Below, one piece after another: positions 48,236-57,885 of a DNA stretch of 64,000 nucleotides. Source of the stretch: Phycisphaeraceae bacterium (GTDB taxonomy: Bacteria; Planctomycetota; Phycisphaerae; Phycisphaerales; Phycisphaeraceae); NCBI GenBank assembly GCA_963674705.1, contig OY771506.1, positions 2,208,001 to 2,272,000 on the forward strand. Direction: 5' to 3'. Position numbers and translations under genes: made by a program. The notes beneath the pieces are model-generated. The model did no database searches. It worked only from the letters and a program-made list of their open reading frames with translations, and was not told where the DNA came from. Positions within the stretch are counted from its first letter, which is position 1, and each line of letters opens with the position of its first letter.

Positions 48236-49045
48236 ATGGCGATCAACGCACTTCATTCGGCTTCCACAGGACTCAGCGCCCTATCGACCGCGCTGGATGT
48301 ATCCGCCAACAACCTCGCCAACGCAAACACGATCGGTTTCAAAGCGGCTCGCACCAACTTTGAAGACCTGCTTTACCTGCAGAAGGCGCAGCCGGGCGTT
48401 GAGAGCGCTAACGGCGATCGCAGGCCGGCAGGTATCCAGGTCGGTCTTGGCACGCGCGTCAGCAATACGCAGGCCGACTTCCGCACGGGAAGCCCCGTCG
48501 GTACCGGGCAGGACTTTGACATGATGATCGACGGCGAGGGCTTCTTTAAAGTCGCGATCCTCCCCGATCAGGGCGACGGTTTCGGCTACACACGTGCGGG
48601 AAACTTTTTCCGCAACGTTGATGGTGACCTGGTGCTGGGCAACTCGAACGGGCCACGGCTTGAGCCCGTGATCAACGTGCCCGAAGGTACGACCAATATC
48701 AATATCACGCCCGAGGGTCTGGTCTCCGGTTTGGAGCCGGGCGGTACAGAGCCGACCGAGTTCGGCACGATTCTGATTTCGGACTTCGTGAACCGCGCGG
48801 GTCTGCAAAACATCGGCAGCAACATCTATATCGAAACCGCCTCATCGGGTGCGGCGATCGAAGCCCAGCCCGGCACGAGCACGCTGGGTGTGATCATGCA
48901 CAAGTTCACCGAGTCGTCGAACGTCGATCCGGTGACGGAGCTGGTGACGCTGATCAAGACGCAGCGTGCGTTTGAAATGAACAGCCAGTCGATCCAGGCA
49001 GCGGATGAGGCGCTGCAGACGATCGGCAACCTGACACGGTTCTAA
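48236..49045 (+). CDS. flgG: Flagellar basal-body rod protein FlgG
   Basis: ANNLANANTIGFK, FEDLLY, GEGFF, YTRAGNF, ESSNVD, QRAFEMNS. Confidence 0.93.
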   Translation: MAINALHSASTGLSALSTALDVSANNLANANTIGFKAARTNFEDLLYLQKAQPGVESANGDRRPAGIQVGLGTRVSNTQADFRTGSPVGTGQDFDMMIDGEGFFKVAILPDQGDGFGYTRAGNFFRNVDGDLVLGNSNGPRLEPVINVPEGTTNINITPEGLVSGLEPGGTEPTEFGTILISDFVNRAGLQNIGSNIYIETASSGAAIEAQPGTSTLGVIMHKFTESSNVDPVTELVTLIKTQRAFEMNSQSIQAADEALQTIGNLTRF

Positions 49046-49080
49046 TTCGAGTAAGTAAGCAAGCGCTCCGACGGGCAAGG

Positions 49081-50205
49081 ATGACCGAGATGCTAGACAT
49101 TGATCCCAACAATACGCCGACGGCAACGCTTCGCAGGATGCTGATCCTGTTGCTGGCGGCGCTGGTGCTGGCGATCGGTCTGGTGGCCCGCGCGGATTCG
49201 GTTGACCTGTATGACCAGATCGGTGTCAAGGGCACGTCGGTGACACTGGGGCAGATCGCGGAATTAAAGGGTCCTGCGGCGCTTGAACACGCGGACCTGG
49301 TTGTGATGGAGCTGGGTGAAGGCCGAGATGAAAAGACGATCACGCTTTCGACAGTGAGTAAAGCGCTGGATAAGGCGGGCGTGAACTGGGGGCTGGTTTC
49401 GCTTCGTGGGTTTAATGAATGTCGGGTGACGCGCCTGATTGAACCCGAGGTGGTCGACAGCGAGCTTGGTCAAGCGGTGAGCGCGAACGTCGAGACGCCG
49501 ATCGGGCTGAACACATCATTGACGCTGCGCGGCATGGTTGAAGAGCTTCTGGCTGAGCGGGCCGGTGCGACGCTTGAGCAGCTACAGGTCAGCTATTCGA
49601 CGCGTGATGAAAAGCTACTGGACACACCGATTCTGAGCAAGAGTGTTGAGATCGAACCGACGATGCTGAACACGCTTGGGAACGTTCCGATTGCGGTGCG
49701 TTTGTACGAGGGGCCGCGGGTTGTGGAGAGCTTCAACATCACTGCGAAGGTGAAGCGTGTGATGCTTGCGGTGGTGACATCGCAGCGTGTTGCGCGGGGC
49801 GACAGGTATTCGCGAGACAACGTCGAGGTGCGTGAGTGCATCATCGACAACAGCGATGTCACGCCGATCACCGACCCGTCCCTGGTTTATGGCCAGCAGG
49901 CGTCGATGTCGCTGAACGCGGATCAATTATTGACGGTGCGGGCGGTCCGTCCACCGGTGCTGATCAAGCGAGGCGACCTTGTGACGGTGCGTTGTTTCAT
50001 CGGCGGATTGATTGTAAAGACCGTGGGCATCGCGAAGCAGGACGGGGCGCTTGATGAAGTGATCGAGATCAAGAACGACACGACACATGAAACGTATCTG
50101 GCGACGGTGACGGGACCGAAGCAGGCGGTCGTCTCGATCGGCGGCGGAGCGTCGGATGATGGATCGGTTGCGGTGGCTGAGACAAACCAGGAGGCAGTGA
50201 ATTGA
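49081..50205 (+). CDS. flgA: Flagellar P-ring formation chaperone FlgA
   Basis: C-terminal PVLIKRGDLVTV...AKQDGALDEVIEIKN; lies between flgG and flgH. Confidence 0.85.
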   Translation: MTEMLDIDPNNTPTATLRRMLILLLAALVLAIGLVARADSVDLYDQIGVKGTSVTLGQIAELKGPAALEHADLVVMELGEGRDEKTITLSTVSKALDKAGVNWGLVSLRGFNECRVTRLIEPEVVDSELGQAVSANVETPIGLNTSLTLRGMVEELLAERAGATLEQLQVSYSTRDEKLLDTPILSKSVEIEPTMLNTLGNVPIAVRLYEGPRVVESFNITAKVKRVMLAVVTSQRVARGDRYSRDNVEVRECIIDNSDVTPITDPSLVYGQQASMSLNADQLLTVRAVRPPVLIKRGDLVTVRCFIGGLIVKTVGIAKQDGALDEVIEIKNDTTHETYLATVTGPKQAVVSIGGGASDDGSVAVAETNQEAVN

Positions 50206-50915
50206 AGTATGCAAGCATGAAGTATCTGGCAGCCGGCCTGGTATTGATGGGTAGCTCGTTCGCGATCGCGTCGGGGCCCTCGTCGTCGTTATATGTTGCC
50301 GATGAGCAGCCGGCATATCGCGCGCCGGGCGAAGAGCCGAGCACGCTTTCGCCCGCGATTGCGCAGAACAGTTTCTACGCGGTGCAGGTGCCCGAACCGA
50401 GGCAGTTCGCTCAGAACGACCTGGTCACCGTCATCATTCGTGAGTCATTCAAGACCGACTTGAAGGCATCGCTTGAGACGAAGAAAGATACAAAGGTTGA
50501 CGGCGAGATAACCGACTTCATTGACGTCAACAAGTTGCTTGAAGCGATTGTCGAGCCGAATACGTTCTCGAACGGGAATCCGGCCGTCGGCGTGAACTTC
50601 AGCAAAGACTGGAACGGTGACGGCGATTACTCGCGTGAAGAAAGCATGACGGGTCGGATGACGGCTCGCGTGGCTGATGTGAAGCCGAACGGCACGCTGG
50701 TGCTCGAAGCGCGTCAGACCATGATCAACGACAAGGAAGAAGTGGCGGTTGTATTGACCGGCACGTGTCGTGCGGCGGATGTCACGATTGACAACACGGT
50801 GCTGTCGACTGAGCTGTATGACCTGCACCTGGATAAGCAGCACAAGGGCGCATTGAAAGAGACAACGAAGAAGGGGTTGATTACGAAGATTTTTGATGCG
50901 TTGTTTGCGTTCTGA
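50202..50915 (+). CDS. flgH: Flagellar L-ring protein FlgH
   Basis: DLVTVIIRE, ARVADVKPNGTLVLEA, LTG.CR..DV..DNTVLS. Confidence 0.88.
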   Translation: MKYASMKYLAAGLVLMGSSFAIASGPSSSLYVADEQPAYRAPGEEPSTLSPAIAQNSFYAVQVPEPRQFAQNDLVTVIIRESFKTDLKASLETKKDTKVDGEITDFIDVNKLLEAIVEPNTFSNGNPAVGVNFSKDWNGDGDYSREESMTGRMTARVADVKPNGTLVLEARQTMINDKEEVAVVLTGTCRAADVTIDNTVLSTELYDLHLDKQHKGALKETTKKGLITKIFDALFAF

Positions 50916-50960
50916 ATCAGTATTGGAAGATCCACGGCGGAGCCGTAAGGGATTGAAGTC

Positions 50961-52049
50961 ATGATGAATTTGCGAAGCATTTTAATGATGATGGTTCTGG
51001 GTCTGCTGCTGAGCGTGGCATTGCCTGCGGGGGCGGTGCAGGTTCAGGACATTGCTCGTCTGAAGGGATCGGAATCGAGCAAGATCATCGGTATGGGTCT
51101 GGTGGTCGGTCTACCCGGCACGGGTGACGGCGGGAAGTTTGAGCCGGCGATGCGTCCATTGGCGCAGATGATCGGTCGTTTTGTGGACCCGAACACGATG
51201 GCCAGTGAGTTGAAAGACTCGAAGAACGTGGCGCTGGTGAGTATCACGGCGGAGCTTCCGGAGAACGGCGTGCGTGAAGGTGATCGCGTGACGGTGCGTG
51301 TTTCTTCGGTGGGTCCGGCGAAGAGCCTGGCGGGCGGCACGCTGTTGATGACGCCGTTAATGGCACCGCGGCCGGATGTCGAGTTGATTTACGCGTTTGC
51401 CGAGGGTCAGGTAACGATCGAGGATGAAAACACGCCGACGGTCGGGATCATTTCGCAAGGCGCGCAGTTGACACGCGACATCATGACGCGTCACGTGGAG
51501 AACGGGCAGGTGACGCTGGTGATCGACGAGGCGCATGCATCCTGGCCCGTTGCTCGTAACTTGGCGCAGAACATTAATGATGAATTGAATCCCGAGGGGA
51601 CGCCCTTGGCGCGGGCGATCGGGCCGAAGAACGTGACGGTGCAGTTGCCGATGTGGGAGCGTGCGGACCCGTCGCTGTTCATCAGCAAGCTGATGGTGAT
51701 GTCTTTCCCGACACCGCTGATGCCTTTGGAGGCGCGTGTGGTGATTAATAAGCGCACGGGGACGATCGTGATGTCGGGTGATGTAGAGATCAGCCCGGTG
51801 GTGATTTCGAAGAGTGGTTTGACGATCACTCGGATCACGCCGACGCCGCAGCCGGATCAGTTCAACCCGGTGGAGACCGAGGATCGGTTCATCGGTGTGG
51901 ACCCGTCGGGGCAGGGCGGCGCGAAGCTGGCGGACCTGATCGAGGCGTTTAACCAGTTGAAGGTGGATGCGAAGGACCGGATCGAGGTGATCGAGGCGAT
52001 CAATGCTGCGGGTCACCTGCACGCGAAGCTTGAGTATCAGCAGAACTAA
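50961..52049 (+). CDS. flgI: Flagellar P-ring protein FlgI
   Basis: GMGLVVGLPGTGD, KNVALV, KSLAGGTLLMTPL, ARVVINKRTGTIV, AGHLHA. Confidence 0.93.
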   Translation: MMNLRSILMMMVLGLLLSVALPAGAVQVQDIARLKGSESSKIIGMGLVVGLPGTGDGGKFEPAMRPLAQMIGRFVDPNTMASELKDSKNVALVSITAELPENGVREGDRVTVRVSSVGPAKSLAGGTLLMTPLMAPRPDVELIYAFAEGQVTIEDENTPTVGIISQGAQLTRDIMTRHVENGQVTLVIDEAHASWPVARNLAQNINDELNPEGTPLARAIGPKNVTVQLPMWERADPSLFISKLMVMSFPTPLMPLEARVVINKRTGTIVMSGDVEISPVVISKSGLTITRITPTPQPDQFNPVETEDRFIGVDPSGQGGAKLADLIEAFNQLKVDAKDRIEVIEAINAAGHLHAKLEYQQN

Positions 52050-52052
52050 ACC

Positions 52053-52469
52053 ATGAACGTTCAGCTCATCAACAACACGATGGCGGCGGCCTCACTTGTT
52101 CGGGAATCCGAGCGGGAGGGGGGCGACTTTGCATCGGTGTTGAAGGGTCAGCGGGGTGTGGCGACGGCTGAAGAGAACTACGGGTTGAGCGAAGAAGAAT
52201 CGCAGACGATCCGGACAGCGGCTGAACAGTTGGTGGCGACGACGTTTATCAACCCGATGCTGGCGAAGATGCGTGACGATCCGTTTAAGAGTGATCTGTT
52301 CCACGGCGGAAGGGGTGAAGAGGTGTTCGGGCAGCAACTGGACACGATGTACTCAGACCGGATCGTATCAAGCACGGATTTTGCGATCGTGGACGCTGTG
52401 TATGACCGGATCGCCAGCAGCGCGGCGAAGAACCACAGGCAGGAATCGAAAGTAGACACCCATGCTTGA
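52053..52469 (+). CDS. flgJ: Rod-binding protein (FlgJ N-terminal-like)
   Basis: AAEQLV..FINPMLAKMR, GGRGEEVFGQQLD; follows flgI. Confidence 0.75.
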   Translation: MNVQLINNTMAAASLVRESEREGGDFASVLKGQRGVATAEENYGLSEEESQTIRTAAEQLVATTFINPMLAKMRDDPFKSDLFHGGRGEEVFGQQLDTMYSDRIVSSTDFAIVDAVYDRIASSAAKNHRQESKVDTHA

Positions 52470-52980
52470 TCCGAAGAAAGCCAACCTGGTTCTGAAGCTT
52501 GAGGCGACGCTGAAGCAGCAACTGACCCTGCACGGCGAGCTGCTCGAGTTGCTTCAGCGCAAGCGAGAGGTGTTGCGCACGAGTGACAACGATTCGCTGA
52601 CGGGTGTTTGCATCCTGGAGCACGAGAAGCTGCAGAAGATTGCGGAGCTTGAGAAGCAGCGGTTGAAGCTGGTGGCGCAGTTGACGCTGCTGGTGGAGCC
52701 GGGCGCGCGAGAGCCGATGCGGATGGCGCAGTTGGCGGACAAGCTCGGGGAGCCGGTGCGTGGACGGATGCTGGTGGCGCGGCATCAGTTGCTCGAGAAG
52801 ATGAAGCAGGTGCAGGCGGAGACGAACATCGTGCGTCGAGCGACCGAAGCGATGGCGAACCATTTGCAGGGCGTGGTGCAGACATTGGGTGCGCTTAGCG
52901 CGGGCGTGGCGACGTATGGGCGGCGCGGCGCGTTACCACAGAAGCAAGCGGCGGTGAGTACGTTCAGTGCGACGGCGTGA
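52462..52980 (+). CDS. flgN: Flagellar export chaperone FlgN
   Basis: Helical protein with LEKQR motif immediately before flgK. Confidence 0.75.
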   Translation: MLDPKKANLVLKLEATLKQQLTLHGELLELLQRKREVLRTSDNDSLTGVCILEHEKLQKIAELEKQRLKLVAQLTLLVEPGAREPMRMAQLADKLGEPVRGRMLVARHQLLEKMKQVQAETNIVRRATEAMANHLQGVVQTLGALSAGVATYGRRGALPQKQAAVSTFSATA

Positions 52981-53020
52981 TTGAGAGTGGCTAACAGCGA
53001 TTAGCTAAAGGCATAGAACC

Positions 53021-54739
53021 ATGGGAATGCTTGGCACCTTACAGATCGGCAAATCGGGGCTGCTCGCCTCGCAGGCGGCGCTACAGGTGGTGGGCAACAA
53101 CCTGGCGAACCTGGCGACGGAGGGGTATCACCGCCAGAACATCACGCTTGAGCCGGAGACGGCGCAGCAGATCGGGCCGGGGATGTTCATCGGACGGGGC
53201 GTGACGATCCAGTCGATCACACGCGCAGCGGATGAGGCGCTGGAAGCGCGGCTGCGCAATGCGATCTCGGATGAGGGCGCGGCGGATGTACGCCAATCGT
53301 TGCTCGGGCGGATCGAAGCGATCCAGAACGAATTCACGGACACGGACCTGTCGACGATTATGTCGGAGTTCTTCAACGCGTTCAGCGAGTTGTCGAACAA
53401 CCCGCAGGATATGTCGCTGCGATCGATGGTGATCGAGCAGGCGGGGACGCTGACGTCGTTTATCCGCGAGCTTGATTCGAACCTGGGCAGCATGGAGCAG
53501 CAGACGATCGCGCAGATCGATCAGACGACGGCGACCGCGAATGATCTGCTGAACCGGATCGCAACGTTAAACCAGCAGATCAGCGTACAGAGCCGGGGCT
53601 CGGGCGGCGCACCTTCGCTGCGCGATCAGCGTGACGCGCTGCTGGCCGAGTTGTCGCAGTACATGGATATCTCGACGGTCGAGCAGGAAAGCGGCTCGGT
53701 CGATGTGTTTGTTGGTTCGCTGCCGATCATCTTGAACAGCACCAACCGGGGGATCGAGGTTGTCAACAAGAGCATCGACGGCGAGACGGTGACGCAAATC
53801 GTGATCTCCGCGGACAAGAGCCCGTTGGACCTGACGTCCGGCGAACTCGGGGCGTTGATCGAATTCAAGGAAGGGGATATCAAGGACGCGATCGGCGCGG
53901 TGGACGAGCTTGCCTCGCAATTGATCTGGCAGGTGAACCGTCTGCACTCACAGGGCCAGGGTACGGAGCTGTTGGATGGCGTGACGACGGCTTCGTTGGT
54001 GAGTGATCCGACGTTGACGCTGGACGATCCGGACAATGGGCTGGCGTTTACGCCGCAGCACGGTTCGTTCCAGTTACACGTGATCCAGCAGTCGACGGGG
54101 CAGGTGGTCACGACGACGATCGATATCGACCTGGACGAAATCAATCCGGCGACGAATACGACGCTGAACTCGCTTGCGGCAGATATCAATGCGGTAGCGA
54201 ATGTGACGGCGTCGGTGAATGCGGCGGGGCAGATCGTGATCGATACGGGCACCAGCGACTTCCAGATCGCGTTCGGCGACGACACGTCGGGTGTTCTTGC
54301 GGCGCTTGGGATCAATACGTTCTTCACGGGTAAGGATGCGTTTGACATCGATGTGAACACGGTTGTGGAAGAGAGCCCGGGCCTGATCGCCGCGGCATAT
54401 TCCGGGCCGGAGGGTGCGAACCCGGGTGATAACAGCGTGGCGCTGTCGATCGCGTCGTTGCGTGATGACGGGTTGGACGATCTGAACGGCCTGAGCCTGA
54501 CGGAGTACTGGAGCCGACACGTCGGCGACTTTGCGGTGCGTCGGGCGCAGTCGCGTGAGGAGCTGGCGTCGACGACGGTGATCCGTGAAGGATTGGCGAC
54601 GCAGCAACAGTCGGTTTCGGGTGTGAACGCGGATGAAGAAACGATCGACCTGATCATGTACCAGCGAGCGTACCAGGCGAGTGCGCGGCTGCTGACGGTG
54701 ATTGATGAATTGATGCAGACATTGATGGCAGCGGTTTAG
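53021..54739 (+). CDS. flgK: Flagellar hook-associated protein FlgK
   Basis: GNNLANLATEGYHRQ, LRDQRD, SVSGVNADEE, YQRAYQASAR. Confidence 0.95.
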   Translation: MGMLGTLQIGKSGLLASQAALQVVGNNLANLATEGYHRQNITLEPETAQQIGPGMFIGRGVTIQSITRAADEALEARLRNAISDEGAADVRQSLLGRIEAIQNEFTDTDLSTIMSEFFNAFSELSNNPQDMSLRSMVIEQAGTLTSFIRELDSNLGSMEQQTIAQIDQTTATANDLLNRIATLNQQISVQSRGSGGAPSLRDQRDALLAELSQYMDISTVEQESGSVDVFVGSLPIILNSTNRGIEVVNKSIDGETVTQIVISADKSPLDLTSGELGALIEFKEGDIKDAIGAVDELASQLIWQVNRLHSQGQGTELLDGVTTASLVSDPTLTLDDPDNGLAFTPQHGSFQLHVIQQSTGQVVTTTIDIDLDEINPATNTTLNSLAADINAVANVTASVNAAGQIVIDTGTSDFQIAFGDDTSGVLAALGINTFFTGKDAFDIDVNTVVEESPGLIAAAYSGPEGANPGDNSVALSIASLRDDGLDDLNGLSLTEYWSRHVGDFAVRRAQSREELASTTVIREGLATQQQSVSGVNADEETIDLIMYQRAYQASARLLTVIDELMQTLMAAV

Positions 54740-54818
54740 CAGACGAAAGGATTGTTGCCGTGAGCGATCACGGTCAAGCGTAAGTGGGGTAATTAACCCG
54801 ACACGGGCCTAGAAGAAC

Positions 54819-56768
54819 ATGGCTACCACACCAGCCTTATCCCGGACGACCTCGTTGATGCAGGGCAACCTGATGTTGTCGCGTCTGCGTCAAACGAACT
54901 CGAGCATGTACGATCTGCAGCGGCAGATCAGCACGGGCTTGAAGCAGTCTGTGCCTTCGGACGATCCCAGCGCGACTAGCGGGATCATGTTCCTGCAGGA
55001 CGCTTTGTCTTCCCGGAGCCAGTACCAGAGCAATCTGAATCACGCGTTGGCGGTATTGAACGACATCGACCAGGCGCTGGGTGAGTCGAACAATATCCTG
55101 GTTGAGTCGCAGACGATCGCATCGAGCCTGATCAACGCCAGCACGGAGGAGCGCGAGGCCGAGGCTTTGGTGATCGATGCGCAACTTCAGGCGATGATGG
55201 ACATCGGCAACCTTCAGCTTAACGGTCTGTCGATTTTTGGCGGCAACGCCGGGGCGGCTGATAACGGTCTGATTTTCGAGGCATTTCTCGGCGGCATCCG
55301 TTACACGGGGTCGGATGAAAATCTCGCCGCCGACTCGGGCGTGTTGGAAGAGTATGCGTTTACGAGTAACGGTGTCGAAGCGTTTGGCGCACTGAGTGCG
55401 CGGGTGGCATCCATTATTGATCTGGACCCCGACGCGACGGTGGATACGAAGATCAACACGCTCGATGGCGTGAAGAGTCTGGGCGTTACACTGGGTGAGG
55501 TGAGTCTGACGGTTGATGGCACGCAGGTCATGGTGGACCTGAGCGATGCGAACACGCTGGGCGACGTACTTTCCCGACTCAACCTGGCGATCGACGACAT
55601 CAATCCCGCCGCGGGCTGGCTCGCTTTGGGTACGACGGGTTTTGAGCTGACCAACACCGCCGGCCACACGATCGTGATCGATGACATTGGCAACGGCCGG
55701 GTTGCGACCGATCTGGGCCTTGAATTGACCGCTATCCAACCCGGCGGTGTCACACGCTTCGGTGGCGACGTGCAACCACGACTCACACTCACTACCGAAC
55801 TGTCGGACCTCGGCCCGGCGATCGACTTGGCCAGCGGCCTGCTGATCACGCAAGGTGAACAAACACGCACGGCTGACTTCTCCTCGGCGAACACGGTTCA
55901 GGACCTGGTCAACGAGATCGATCGTTTGCAACTTGGATTACGGCTTGAGATTAACGATGAGGGCACCGGGTTGAACCTGGTCAGCGAGGTCAGCGGCATC
56001 AGCCTGTCCGTCGGGGAGAACGGCGGGACGACCGCGAGCGACCTGGGCATCAGGACTTATGGCCCGAACACATCGCTCTCCGACTTCCGTAACGGTCTTG
56101 GCATCGAGCCGATCACCGGGCAGGACGACATGCTGTTCACGGTAAACAACGGCATGAGTTTCGGTGTCGACGCGTCGGGGCTCGGGACGGTGGATGAGTT
56201 GATCACGGCGATCGAGGACGCGGCGACCGCGGCCGGACTGACGGTGGGCGTCAACTTCAGCGTGGACTACGTCAGCAGCGGCAACGGACTGGTGTTCACT
56301 GACAACACAGCCGGCATCAATGGATTCACGATCGAGCGTGTAGGTGAGAGCCTTGTGGCGGACCAGTTGGGCATGCTCAAGGAAGACGGCACCGCGCTAA
56401 CGTTCACCAGCAGTGATGAAGCGATGGTGCGTGTGGAGAATGTTTTTACACATTTAACAGATTTACGTGATGCATTACTAAATGATGACACGCTTGGCAT
56501 CACAATTGCTGCAGGCAAGTTGGATGTGGACACCCAACAGGTGACCCAGGCCCGCGCAACAGTCGGTGTGAGGGCTCAAAGAGTAGAGCGACAGATAGAG
56601 CGCTCAGAGGATTTAAAGCTCATGGAAGAAACAATGCTCAGCGATTTGCGGGACGCGGACCTGACGGAAGTCATCACGCGTTATTCGCAGCTACAAGTTG
56701 AGCTACAAGCTTCACTGCAGATCGGTGCGCAAAACCTGCAGTACAGCCTTTTGGACTTCTTGCGTTAG
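54819..56768 (+). CDS. flgL: Flagellar hook-associated protein FlgL (large insert)
   Basis: QISTG...PSDDP N-terminus, LSDLRDADLTE...SLLDFLR C-terminus. Confidence 0.9.
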   Translation: MATTPALSRTTSLMQGNLMLSRLRQTNSSMYDLQRQISTGLKQSVPSDDPSATSGIMFLQDALSSRSQYQSNLNHALAVLNDIDQALGESNNILVESQTIASSLINASTEEREAEALVIDAQLQAMMDIGNLQLNGLSIFGGNAGAADNGLIFEAFLGGIRYTGSDENLAADSGVLEEYAFTSNGVEAFGALSARVASIIDLDPDATVDTKINTLDGVKSLGVTLGEVSLTVDGTQVMVDLSDANTLGDVLSRLNLAIDDINPAAGWLALGTTGFELTNTAGHTIVIDDIGNGRVATDLGLELTAIQPGGVTRFGGDVQPRLTLTTELSDLGPAIDLASGLLITQGEQTRTADFSSANTVQDLVNEIDRLQLGLRLEINDEGTGLNLVSEVSGISLSVGENGGTTASDLGIRTYGPNTSLSDFRNGLGIEPITGQDDMLFTVNNGMSFGVDASGLGTVDELITAIEDAATAAGLTVGVNFSVDYVSSGNGLVFTDNTAGINGFTIERVGESLVADQLGMLKEDGTALTFTSSDEAMVRVENVFTHLTDLRDALLNDDTLGITIAAGKLDVDTQQVTQARATVGVRAQRVERQIERSEDLKLMEETMLSDLRDADLTEVITRYSQLQVELQASLQIGAQNLQYSLLDFLR

Positions 56769-56906
56769 TAAGCGCAAGGCTTGCGCTACCCGCCGGCGTT
56801 ACGGCCAGCGGCGGGTAACGGTAGATGGCGGCAGGAGCCGTCAACCCGGGTCGGAGGCCCGGGCTCGGAAATCCAGGACGGACGGCCGTGTTTGAGGACT
56901 GTGGTC

Positions 56907-57356
56907 ATGTTGATCAATACCTCGCGATTCGGTGAAGTGGACGTGGACCAGACCCGCATCATCAGCTTCCCCAAGGGGCTGCTTGGCTTTCCGAAGTACA
57001 GGCAGTTCGTGCTGATCGAGGCCGGCGAAGACAGCTACTTCTGGTGGCTGCAATCGATCGAGCTTCCTGACCTGGCGTTCGTGGTCACGGACCCGAGCCT
57101 GTTCGTGCCGACCTACAAGGTCCCGATGAAGGCCGAGCAGATGCAGGAGATGGGCCTGGAGTCGCTGGCCGACGCCCAGGTGTTTGTGATCGTGAACAAG
57201 CGCGGTCAGGTCCTGACCGGGAACCTGCAGGGGCCCCTGGTCATCCACTGCGGCAAGCGTGTCGGTGAGCAGTTGGTCTTAAGCGATCGGCGTTTCACGA
57301 CCCGTGTTCCTCTGATCGAGCTGGGCGCCCCGGCGGTTACGGCGGCCTCGGCCTGA
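56907..57356 (+). CDS. fliW: Flagellar assembly factor FliW
   Basis: INTSRFG, FPKGLLGF, WLQS...LAFVVTDP, TGNLQGPLVI. Confidence 0.93.
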   Translation: MLINTSRFGEVDVDQTRIISFPKGLLGFPKYRQFVLIEAGEDSYFWWLQSIELPDLAFVVTDPSLFVPTYKVPMKAEQMQEMGLESLADAQVFVIVNKRGQVLTGNLQGPLVIHCGKRVGEQLVLSDRRFTTRVPLIELGAPAVTAASA

Positions 57357-57439
57357 ACCTCGCCGGGCCTTGAGTGTGCGGGTTCGGCTAAGAGAAGACG
57401 TGCATTGAATACGAACGTGAACAACAGCGAGACGCGCAC

Positions 57440-57455
57440 GCCGCAAGGATGCGGC
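57440..57455 (+). promoter_or_regulatory. Candidate CsrA-binding hairpin in the csrA leader
   Basis: GCCGCA-AGGA-TGCGGC stem-loop with GGA in the loop. Confidence 0.65.
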
Positions 57456-57492
57456 AGCTACGCGACAAGGCCCAAGGAAGGAGCCCGAACCA

Positions 57493-57753
57493 ATGCTGGT
57501 TCTATCGCGTCAACGCGACGAGACGATCATGATCGGCGACGAGATCGAGATCACGGTCGTGGATATCCGGGGGGACAAAGTGAGGCTGGGAATCTCCGCG
57601 CCCAGGCAGGTCCAGGTGCACCGCAAGGAGGTCTACGAGGCCATCCAACGCGAGAACACGTCAGCCACCCGGGTCCAGGTCGACGACCTGAACACTGCGG
57701 ATCAAAACCTGCGAAAGCACAACGGCAAGCCGCCGGGTGCACGCCAACCATAG
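57493..57753 (+). CDS. csrA: Carbon storage regulator CsrA
   Basis: MLVLSR...IMIGDEIEITVV...VRLGISAP...VHRKEVY. Confidence 0.97.
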   Translation: MLVLSRQRDETIMIGDEIEITVVDIRGDKVRLGISAPRQVQVHRKEVYEAIQRENTSATRVQVDDLNTADQNLRKHNGKPPGARQP

Positions 57754-57885
57754 ATCGAGGCCTAGCCTCAGCGTGGCGAGGGCCTGTCACCCAAGCCGGT
57801 TTCCCGGATTTTTAACACGATGTGTACTTCTCGCCGGCAACAAACTAAGCACGGCGAATGACCGGACAATCAAGGAGGATTGTCA

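Noticed and set aside
2396..55931. Long antisense ORFs (e.g. 2396-3409, 15510-16712, 39369-40262, 53626-54657, 54837-55931)
   Set aside because: Shadow ORFs expected in high-GC DNA opposite clearly identified genes.
57754..57885. Sigma28 promoter upstream of flagellin
   Set aside because: No convincing TAAA-N15-GCCGATAA match found.
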